Shown piece by piece: positions 56,921 through 64,000 of a stretch of 64,000 nt of DNA. Within the stretch, counting starts at the first letter, position 1; each line of letters starts with the position of its first letter. Source of the stretch: a virus (Duplodnaviria > Heunggongvirae > Uroviricota > Caudoviricetes); IMG/VR virus record IMGVR_UViG_3300049460_000121, positions 64,001 through 128,000 of that record. One strand, written 5' to 3'. The translations under genes were made by a program, and so were the position numbers. Under the pieces are notes generated by a model. That model did no database searches, was not told the origin of the DNA, and was given only the letters and a program-made list of their open reading frames with translations.

Positions 56921-57787
56921 ATGGCACGTTATAAGGAGACGTTGACCAACAAGGCCTACGCAGGAACAGCACAGACTAATGTGCTCAACCTCGCAGTCCA
57001 AGGTCAGCAGGGCTATATCACCGATATGGCCTACTACCCTTCGGCTACGGATTACATCCGCAAGCCGTTGATCGTGAAGGTTCTTCAGGCACCGGTAGGT
57101 TTGACCTACATGCCTAACGCCGCGGCTTACATCGCAGCGTACAAGAACCTGATCGAGAACTGGATGCAGTCCTGGTCCGGTTTCAACCGCACCCTGGCCG
57201 TTTCGGTAAACGAAACCCAGATCGGTAACTCGGGTGAGTCCTTCCAGACTCCATCCCGTGTGGCTCGTGCTCGTTCGCAGATCACCTCGACCATCGTCGA
57301 GAAAGATCGTCGTCCAGTGATTCGCTTCCTGGAAGACTACACCCGCTACCTGATCATGGATCCGGATGTGGGCCATGCGCTCCTGAGCGGCGTGAGCGAC
57401 AAGTTCACCGATCAACTCGCCGACATCTACGGCGGTACCATCATCGCGTTCGAACCAGACAAGACTTTCCGCTACGTGGAAAACGCCTTCCTGGTCACCA
57501 ACTTCTTCCCGTACAACGACATCGGTGAGAACATTGGTAGCCGTCAGTTGCAACAAGACGGTGAGATCGCGACGTACAACCTGTCGTGGACTGGCTTCCA
57601 GAAAGTTGGTTACGCCGTGGACAAGTTGGCGCAAGCCTTCATGGACGCTCAGCGTGTTACTGGTATCGATCCTTCGTACCAGCCAACATTCGTCCAAGGT
57701 GTCGACAGCAACGTCGGCGCAGTGAAAACTGGTTACAGCGAACAAATCAACTTGCTGAAAAGCTCGCTGGTTTCGCCGGGTCAGTAA
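56921..57787 (+). CDS. Tail tube protein (phiKZ gp30-like)
   Basis: Follows the sheath; GAGGAG RBS; 288 aa. Confidence 0.85.
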   Translation: MARYKETLTNKAYAGTAQTNVLNLAVQGQQGYITDMAYYPSATDYIRKPLIVKVLQAPVGLTYMPNAAAYIAAYKNLIENWMQSWSGFNRTLAVSVNETQIGNSGESFQTPSRVARARSQITSTIVEKDRRPVIRFLEDYTRYLIMDPDVGHALLSGVSDKFTDQLADIYGGTIIAFEPDKTFRYVENAFLVTNFFPYNDIGENIGSRQLQQDGEIATYNLSWTGFQKVGYAVDKLAQAFMDAQRVTGIDPSYQPTFVQGVDSNVGAVKTGYSEQINLLKSSLVSPGQ

Positions 57788-57804
57788 GTAAGGCCGGGAC
57801 CTTT

Positions 57805-57833
57805 GGGGTAGCTAGGGCTACCCCTTTGGTTTT
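57805..57833 (+). terminator. Terminator after the tail tube gene
   Basis: ggggtagc-tagg-gctacccc followed by a T-rich tract. Confidence 0.65.
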
Positions 57834-57860
57834 ATAGGGAAGTCGCCTGAGTTTGCCAAC

Positions 57861-58178
57861 ATGACAGCATGCGAGCAGTTACATGCAGCGTTACGAGATC
57901 TGGAAGCAGACCTCAAGAATTATAAAGTGTATGGCAGTGCACTGGTCACATTGAGCGAAGATAGCTCATCTCCTGAGCTACGGGAAATCTATCGCGCGGT
58001 GATTGGTCTCAAATGCCGTATACCGGTGTACACGAATGATTTCGATCAGTACAAGATCCCAGAAACGGGACACGCTGTGTTCGTAATCAAATTGACAGGG
58101 ATGGTCTACATTCAGACCGTTGTCGGGAAATTGGTGTTGCCGTATGGATCAGGAGTGCTCATCAAGGGTAAGTTCTGA
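57861..58178 (+). CDS. Hypothetical protein
   Basis: 105-aa ORF filling the gap. Confidence 0.5.
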   Translation: MTACEQLHAALRDLEADLKNYKVYGSALVTLSEDSSSPELREIYRAVIGLKCRIPVYTNDFDQYKIPETGHAVFVIKLTGMVYIQTVVGKLVLPYGSGVLIKGKF

Positions 58179-58237
58179 AAAGAAACAAAAAAAGAACACA
58201 TGCATACAGCCAGGGGATTTCTCCCCTGGCTGTATGC
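58178..58237 (-). terminator. Hairpin plus U-tract; stem nearly identical to 8170-8205
   Basis: gcatacagccagggg-atttct-cccctggctgtatgc. Confidence 0.8.
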
Positions 58238-58238
58238 T

Positions 58239-58961
58239 CTATGCTGAACGTGACAATAACGACATCAGTAACGATGATGGACTTGCTGGGTTGGGGATGC
58301 GCTTTGGAATACGTTTCCATCCACGGGGTATACGGTAATCCGTAGTGTGTTCTGCTTCGGGTGGTTGATCATCGTCCACCATTCGCATATGCCAGTCATC
58401 GAACAGTCGGGGGCGTCGCTCCTCCCTCATCTCACGCAAGGAGTGGATGAGGCCATCAAATGCCTTACCTAAGATATTGCGTCCACCGATACCTACGTGG
58501 ATATCGGAATGACCACCTATACCTACGTTTCGTTGGGGACGGACAAACTCGCGAGGACGTGAGAAGTTGTAGCTCATACTCAGATCAGCACGAACCGGCA
58601 AACCCTCAATATCCTTCATCGGCTGGTTAGGCACTATCGCACCCAACATCCCATCGAGCAGGCTGGAGCGGATCGTAGCCTTACCCGGCTGGCGGGCGAA
58701 GTGGTCCATGTAAGTCTTGAACCCCATCGGGACTTCGTAATGGTCGAAGAGAGTCTTCTCCATCTGCATCCAGAGCTTCAGGTCCTTCTCCACCGAACAG
58801 CGTAGAGTGAAGAACCCAGGCATTTGCCGATGGGGGAACGGGATAGGGTCTAAACTTTCCATCCCATCCAGACGCAAGTGACCGTACTCCTGCCGATAGA
58901 TCCGGCAGTGTATTTCCATCAAGGCAATCAGTGCCGGATCTATCGGTGTCAGCTCGCTCAT
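58239..58961 (-). CDS. Hypothetical protein
   Basis: AGGA RBS. Confidence 0.6.
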   Translation of the reverse strand: MSELTPIDPALIALMEIHCRIYRQEYGHLRLDGMESLDPIPFPHRQMPGFFTLRCSVEKDLKLWMQMEKTLFDHYEVPMGFKTYMDHFARQPGKATIRSSLLDGMLGAIVPNQPMKDIEGLPVRADLSMSYNFSRPREFVRPQRNVGIGGHSDIHVGIGGRNILGKAFDGLIHSLREMREERRPRLFDDWHMRMVDDDQPPEAEHTTDYRIPRGWKRIPKRIPNPASPSSLLMSLLSRSA

Positions 58962-58970
58962 GGTCCTGTC

Positions 58971-59411
58971 CTAGGGTTGGACTTCCGACAATTGGTCGAA
59001 GTCAATTGCGTGTTGGAAACCGATGATGGCTACCGTGCGGTCGTCTTCATCGAGCTCTAGGTATTCTTCCTCATCGAACCAATCGTGATCGCCAAGGGTG
59101 ACCTCGTACGTCCGATTCCAGATATCGATCTCGTAGTACAGATCGTTGCCAGCCATGCAGAATGGGGTGTACCCGTCCTCGATGCTGAGTGTCACCAACC
59201 CTTTGGCGTAATCGAGGGTCAGGATGCGCAGGTTGCGTGAGTGTTCAGCCGTTTGACGACCCGACTTGCTGACTCCGCACAGGTACCCGTAATGACGGAC
59301 ATCCATTGCCAGGAAGTTAGGGTTGTGTCCATCGAGCTCTGGTGGGAACGGTTGTTTGCCGTTGGTGGGGCGGGCTGGGATACGTAGTTCTTTCTGAGTC
59401 ACGGACAACAC
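58971..59411 (-). CDS. Hypothetical protein
   Basis: AGGAG RBS near the start. Confidence 0.6.
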   Translation of the reverse strand: MLSVTQKELRIPARPTNGKQPFPPELDGHNPNFLAMDVRHYGYLCGVSKSGRQTAEHSRNLRILTLDYAKGLVTLSIEDGYTPFCMAGNDLYYEIDIWNRTYEVTLGDHDWFDEEEYLELDEDDRTVAIIGFQHAIDFDQLSEVQP

Positions 59412-59488
59412 TCCTAAGGCACAAGAAAAAAAGATACACCAGAGGATGCGGCCCCCGGTGTATCTGCCAGACTGACGTTACTCGATGA

Positions 59489-60277
59489 TCAGGTCCACGC
59501 GTTTAGCGTGCTGTGAACAAACGAGGTCTTGTCAACCAGCGAAGTTACGAAATGACCGCTGATACCGTTGGAGAATTCCACCAGGTCCATCAATTTCTTG
59601 CTGCTGCTCATTACGACGTACTTACCGTCAACCAGAGCAACAGTTGCAACTTCACCGGATTCGGCTTTAACGACGATGGTGTCCTGGACACTGGTGCCGT
59701 TCAGCGAAGCGTAGGTGTAAACGCCAGCCAGGGTGTTCGGTAGACGATTGGTCACGATCTGTGCGACGTCAGTCATGCCGTCACGCTGGGTGTAGAAAGC
59801 GCGCAGATCGAGTTTGTCTTCGATCTTCTCCAGCGTCTTGTAGAAGGTTGCCTTGGAGGCGTTCGCCAGGGCGCTCTTGACTTCAGCCTTGGACAGTTGT
59901 TCGCGGATGGTTGCACCGGCTGGGGTGCTGAAGGTCTGAACGAATTCGATCAGGCCGGCAAAGAATGTAGTGGCGTCGATTTTACCGACACGGCTCCAAC
60001 CCATGATCTTCTTGACCACGTCGCCGACGTAGCCTTGTTTCTGAGCCTGGTAGGTGGTGACGCCTTGTTCGATGTCGATGAGCTTGGACACACGGTAGCT
60101 TGCGTTAGCCGCATTGATGGTCAGATGTTCGGTGGTATCGCCCTTGAACAGAACCACGGTGTACGGGAAGACGCCTTCTTGACCACAGACACAACCTTCG
60201 ACAGTACGGTCTGCCAGAGAAGCCAGGGTGACCCAGAGGGAGTGAGCTGCGAGAGGATTGCTAACAGTGATTTGCAT
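59489..60277 (-). CDS. Hypothetical protein with highly expressed codon bias
   Basis: 262 aa; terminator at 59421-59466. Confidence 0.7.
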   Translation of the reverse strand: MQITVSNPLAAHSLWVTLASLADRTVEGCVCGQEGVFPYTVVLFKGDTTEHLTINAANASYRVSKLIDIEQGVTTYQAQKQGYVGDVVKKIMGWSRVGKIDATTFFAGLIEFVQTFSTPAGATIREQLSKAEVKSALANASKATFYKTLEKIEDKLDLRAFYTQRDGMTDVAQIVTNRLPNTLAGVYTYASLNGTSVQDTIVVKAESGEVATVALVDGKYVVMSSSKKLMDLVEFSNGISGHFVTSLVDKTSFVHSTLNAWT

Positions 60278-60354
60278 GTTCGAAAGGAACCTTGTTCAAT
60301 TGAGGGCATAAAGCCTGGGGAAGAACCCCAGGCCTGACTTGCGCTGACCGGCGA

Positions 60355-60816
60355 TTACTTGCCGCCGAACACTTTCTCGGCTTCTTCGCCCAGGTAGCTG
60401 ACTACGGATTTGTAGTTGCTGGTGCGACGACCGACGCCGATGATTACGTCGGACTTGGCCACGCCGAACTTGTTCCATTCAGCACCGGCAGCGGTACCGG
60501 ATTTGTGACGGCTGTACGAAGTATCGATGGCGCTGTGGCCGAGCTTGGTGCGCAGGGTGGTGCGATCCAGGTCTTTGTCGACAACCATAGCGGCTTGCGA
60601 CTTGTTACCGAAGGCCAGGGTCTGAGCCGATGCGACGTCGATCAGGAAGCCTTGGCTGTCCTTCAGCTGATCCAGGCTCAGCGACGGCGGCAGGTATTTG
60701 GCAACGATGTCTTCGAAACCAGGCATGTCGCCGGTTTTGGTAGCCACGTCGAGAACGGTGATTGCTTCCAGTTCTTGAGCCAGAGTCTTGATGTTGTCCG
60801 GGAGTTCTTTACTCAT
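60355..60816 (-). CDS. Hypothetical abundant small protein
   Basis: AAGGA RBS; tandem promoter motifs upstream; hairpin downstream at 60306-60333. Confidence 0.75.
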   Translation of the reverse strand: MSKELPDNIKTLAQELEAITVLDVATKTGDMPGFEDIVAKYLPPSLSLDQLKDSQGFLIDVASAQTLAFGNKSQAAMVVDKDLDRTTLRTKLGHSAIDTSYSRHKSGTAAGAEWNKFGVAKSDVIIGVGRRTSNYKSVVSYLGEEAEKVFGGK

Positions 60817-60870
60817 GATTCATTTTTCCTTGCAGGTTGTGATTGGGGACGAAATAGTGGTTGTTCACTT

Positions 60871-60952
60871 CATACCCAGGTTTGGTAAAGTTTTACAGAT
60901 GAAGTATCTAGCCCCACTGTGCAAGTCGATAATGTAGGGCTAAAAAAGCTTT
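60871..60952 (-). promoter_or_regulatory. Tandem promoter motifs (TACATTAT type, GTAAAACTTTAC type and TATG)
   Basis: Minus strand TTTTTTAGCCCTACATTATC and GTAAAACTTTACCAAACCTGGGTATG. Confidence 0.55.
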
Positions 60953-60980
60953 GCCTGAAGATTTACCACTGCATCAAGGC

Positions 60981-61025
60981 AAAAGAAAAGGTGGAGCTGG
61001 GGAGCCGAAGCTCCCCAGTCCTTTA
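60981..61025 (-). terminator. Hairpin plus U-tract terminator, duplicate of 25935-25961
   Basis: ggggagccgaagctccccagtccttta. Confidence 0.8.
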
Positions 61026-61271
61026 GGCTGCTTTAGCCTTCTTGTTCGAGAAGCCTTTGAACAGCTTGTAGCTACCGTAGACAGCTGCGGCTGCGGCAGC
61101 TGCACCAACGAGAGCAGCAGCCACCGGGTGAGCCTTGGCGATGTTAGCGCCAACCTGAGCGTACTTCGCAACTGCTGCACCAGCCAGAGCGGTTTGACTT
61201 GCAGTTGCAGCAGCGTCAGCAGCTACGGAACCAGCTTCAACAACGGTACCAACGATTTCGATAGCGGACAT
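61023..61271 (-). CDS. Small Ala-rich putative membrane protein
   Basis: AGGAG RBS; hydrophobic helix followed by a Lys-rich tail. Confidence 0.7.
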   Translation of the reverse strand: MSAIEIVGTVVEAGSVAADAAATASQTALAGAAVAKYAQVGANIAKAHPVAAALVGAAAAAAAVYGSYKLFKGFSNKKAKAA

Positions 61272-61341
61272 GGTGAATCTCCTAGAACTTAAATTGGGTC
61301 TTGCGAATTTGGGTTGGGGTATTACGATTTACCAGCGCAAC

Positions 61342-61464
61342 TTACTTCTTGCTGAACTTGGCCTTAACCCGACCAACAACGTTGTGCTTCACGCCGAACT
61401 CATGAATGATGTCGACGGCTACGCAGATCACAGCGACTTTAACGATAGTGTTTACGATGTTCAT
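61342..61464 (-). CDS. 40-aa putative membrane peptide (not in the ORF track)
   Basis: GGAGG RBS; MNIVNTIVKVAVICVAVDIIHEFGVKHNVVGRVKAKFSKK. Confidence 0.65.
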   Translation of the reverse strand: MNIVNTIVKVAVICVAVDIIHEFGVKHNVVGRVKAKFSKK

Positions 61465-61499
61465 GCTATTGTCCTCCACGGACTAGGGTTGGGTATTGC

Positions 61500-61697
61500 T
61501 TAACTGCGGGTCCAGGTAAAGTTCGTTTCTACCGAATCCTTACCGAAGATCTTTTCCATCTCGTCAGCCAGGTTCTGGAAGGCGTCGATGATTTGTTTCT
61601 CAGCTTTCTTTTGCTGATAACGCTTCAGTGCTTTGTAACCAACGACTACCGCGCCAGTTACTGCCACTGCACCTGCAACTATTTTGAGAGTACTCAT
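61500..61697 (-). CDS. Small single-pass membrane protein
   Basis: AAGGA RBS; IVAGAVAVTGAVVVGYKALKR. Confidence 0.7.
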   Translation of the reverse strand: MSTLKIVAGAVAVTGAVVVGYKALKRYQQKKAEKQIIDAFQNLADEMEKIFGKDSVETNFTWTRS

Positions 61698-61924
61698 GGA
61701 CGGTATTCCTTGATCAGTGTGATTGTTCATGTCTACTATGTATGACTCAAAATATTTAGGATCGTATTCTCTAGGCCCTACAGCGTACCTGTGACAAACG
61801 TTCTCTATTCAGACGGGCGTTTCCTTACCTTTATAGATAGCGCAGCGTATACGTGATCCTAGGGCTATGCGGTGGTAAGGCAAAAAGAAAGGGCATAAGG
61901 CCCGGCACGATGCCGGGCTGTACG

Positions 61925-62494
61925 CTATTTACTGGTGTGCCATTCGCTGAAGTCAACAGGTCGTGGTGTCAACATCTCGAGCGTTGGCCAATTGACCACG
62001 TTGTACAGGATCCCCTGAGAGGAAGCCATACCGAACTTGACGCGGATCTCCTTACGCAGGACGCAGCCAGGCGGGAGTGGTAGGTCACCCCGAACAGGAC
62101 CGAAGCTGTACTGAGCCAGAAACGAGAAGTCTTCCAGCTGGAGTACAATGATCTTGTCTTTCAGGCGCACATCGTGAGATGTCCAACGCTGTTCAGGATG
62201 GATACTGTTATAATCCAGACCGTGATTGACCATGACGGAGGTGAATGCAAACCCACGATCCCAGAGTTCCTTCACAGTCGCAGGATCTTCGATCTCTTCT
62301 ACCACGCCATGTTTCTCGATCTCTTTCAACGCCTGGGTGACGACAGCGTTGTCCAGGTAGATCCTGGCGGCAGCCGAGACCTGGAGATCCGCATCGTGCA
62401 TGTCGACCGGCACCAGCCCCTCGAACACTTCGAAGGTTGTGGACATATCCGGTTCAGCAACCCAATCAACCCCGTAGAACTTTTGGAAACACAT
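61925..62494 (-). CDS. Hypothetical protein
   Basis: AGGAG RBS; terminator downstream at 61882-61925. Confidence 0.6.
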   Translation of the reverse strand: MCFQKFYGVDWVAEPDMSTTFEVFEGLVPVDMHDADLQVSAAARIYLDNAVVTQALKEIEKHGVVEEIEDPATVKELWDRGFAFTSVMVNHGLDYNSIHPEQRWTSHDVRLKDKIIVLQLEDFSFLAQYSFGPVRGDLPLPPGCVLRKEIRVKFGMASSQGILYNVVNWPTLEMLTPRPVDFSEWHTSK

Positions 62495-62559
62495 GCAGCC
62501 CACTCCTAGAAAAAAGAAAGACACAGCAGGGGCCACCACCCCTGCTGCGCTTATGACGG

Positions 62560-63483
62560 TTACTGCTTAGGAGTCAGATCCAGGATCTTTTCCATCAGCG
62601 CGTTCGCACGGTCGGTGTCTTCAGCAGACATCGCCACCATGTTCATCACGCCTGGACCGGTGATAGTGATGGTGCCGTTGACGAACAGTTTGATTTCAGT
62701 CTGGCCATCTTTCATGCTGGCTACCAGCGGCTTGGGGTGGTCGGCATCAAAGTGGAATTCGCCGCCCAGCGGGATGGAGCCGAAACCTTCCTTCAGTTTC
62801 AGGATCAAAGAAACCACTTGTTCGGCAGTGCTCGTCTGAGGCTTGCCGTAGTTCCAGAACGGATGACCGTCTTGTAGCACTTCGACCCCGACCTTATCGT
62901 CACGGGTGACTTTCTGGAGGGTGTAGACGCCAGTCTCGATACCTTCGCGAGAAGTCTTGATGGTGAGCGTATCACCAGCTTCGATGTCGCCGAATTCACG
63001 CAGGCTTGCGGCCGCTTCCAGCCAGGACAGAGGATCGTACTGTTGGAAGAAGTGGGCGATGCCAGTACCGTCAAGACCGGTTTCTAGCGCATGTCGCTGT
63101 ACGGCTTCATTCATCACGGTGGCGTAGGGTGCGCCGGTACTCATCAGCGATGGGAGCTTACCCTTATTGTGGGCGCGCAGAGTCATCATCGTGTCGACGA
63201 GCTCTTCAGCCGAGCGCAGGTTGTGCATCGGGTCATTGATCAGAGGCTTACCGCCCAGGTTCACGATCAGGTAGTGGGTTTTGTGGTCATCGAGAGTCGA
63301 CGACTGGATACGCAGCTCGTAGACGTGGTCCGGTTTACCCAGACCACTCACGTCGTATTCGTACGAGTGGGCGATGTCGACGATAGGTTGACCTGACGAC
63401 TCTTGCAGTCGTGCAAACAGTGCTGGCCAGCCTGCGATATTGTTGATTTGGTAGTGGTTGTTCAGTTCGTGGTATTGCGCCAT
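62560..63483 (-). CDS. Hypothetical protein with an internal domain duplication; paralog of the upstream gene
   Basis: AGGAG RBS; SAEELV...HNKGKLP and STAEQVV...SIP segments. Confidence 0.75.
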   Translation of the reverse strand: MAQYHELNNHYQINNIAGWPALFARLQESSGQPIVDIAHSYEYDVSGLGKPDHVYELRIQSSTLDDHKTHYLIVNLGGKPLINDPMHNLRSAEELVDTMMTLRAHNKGKLPSLMSTGAPYATVMNEAVQRHALETGLDGTGIAHFFQQYDPLSWLEAAASLREFGDIEAGDTLTIKTSREGIETGVYTLQKVTRDDKVGVEVLQDGHPFWNYGKPQTSTAEQVVSLILKLKEGFGSIPLGGEFHFDADHPKPLVASMKDGQTEIKLFVNGTITITGPGVMNMVAMSAEDTDRANALMEKILDLTPKQ

Positions 63484-63513
63484 GGTGACTCTCCTGTGAG
63501 GTCATAAAGGTAA

Positions 63514-63537
63514 ATGTGCTGCAATATTGCAGCACAT
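63514..63537. promoter_or_regulatory. Perfect 24-bp palindrome in a 5' leader
   Basis: atgtgctgcaatattgcagcacat. Confidence 0.6.
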
Positions 63538-63604
63538 GAGCTAACGCTGAGTGCGGGGGTGCTCAAAGAGATTACGATGTTCTGTAAAATTTTACATAAA
63601 ACGT

Positions 63605-64000
63605 TTAGACAACCGAGGTCAAGATATTCTCAAGAGACTTGGTTACCATATCCGGATGACGCTCAGCCATCTCAGCCAGATGGCCGCCACGTTCGGACTT
63701 GATCACGATGGAACCGTCGAGGAACAGCTTAACCTCATCAGTCGCATCCTTGACCATCATCACGAAAGGCAACTTACCTTTGTGGTTACCTTCGTACAGA
63801 TGGATCATCGACTCCATCACGTCTTCAGCCGAGATGGTCCACTTGGAACCAGGTTGGTCGAAAGACTTATCGTTGAGGTTGATGCGGTAACCCTGGACAT
63901 CTTGCTCCGTGGTTACGTACAGATTGTAGGTCGCCTCGCCAGTGTTAAAGGTAAGGTCAGGCATCGCCTTACCGTTGACAGCCGCTCCAAGCTCAAGCAA
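63605..64000 (-). CDS. 3' part of a gene truncated by the window edge; paralog of 62560..63483
   Basis: SAEDVM...NHKGKLP and EVKLFLDGSIVI segments. Confidence 0.7.
   Translation of the reverse strand: MLELGAAVNGKAMPDLTFNTGEATYNLYVTTEQDVQGYRINLNDKSFDQPGSKWTISAEDVMESMIHLYEGNHKGKLPFVMMVKDATDEVKLFLDGSIVIKSERGGHLAEMAERHPDMVTKSLENILTSVV

Noticed and set aside
54728-57745. 1005-aa minus-strand ORF antisense to the sheath and tube genes
   Set aside because: Shadow ORF produced by the strong codon bias of the highly expressed + strand genes. V/Q/R/H-rich composition, no motifs and no RBS.
1-64000. tRNA, rRNA, CRISPR arrays, integrase/transposase, introns, inteins and reverse transcriptase
   Set aside because: No supporting motifs seen by eye. 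tRNAscan-SE and Infernal runs would be needed to exclude RNA genes formally.

Overview
This is a 64-kb core region of a nucleus-forming, phiKZ-like jumbo phage (Chimalliviridae). The host is probably Pseudomonas, since one protein ends in the Pseudomonas SSB tail DSFDDDIPF. Read right to left it contains: small accessory genes; tail tube and sheath; three virion genes and the terminase large subunit; PhuZ tubulin; an operon of ten small genes; the polymerase half of a split family-B DNA polymerase; chimallin (nuclear shell); four non-virion RNA polymerase subunits, apparently intron-free; an SbcD/Mre11 nuclease; a PicA/Imp1-position protein; an SF2 helicase; and a virion RNAP beta' C-terminal subunit. 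phiKZ gp-number equivalences rest on motifs plus remembered synteny, not on a search. The main candidate novelties are: (1) a -1 frameshift at a T8 run that would fuse a Zn-binding tail/baseplate-chaperone-like ORF to the next ORF; (2) a promoter-to-terminator array of about nine highly diverged, apparently paralogous small proteins between phuZ and the DNA polymerase; (3) Arg/Asp mixed-charge disordered tails shared by chimallin, the import factor and its neighbour; (4) a protein carrying an exact host SSB C-terminal mimic; (5) a structured non-coding locus at about 42.7-42.9 kb; (6) recurring promoter and hairpin-TATGC motif families.
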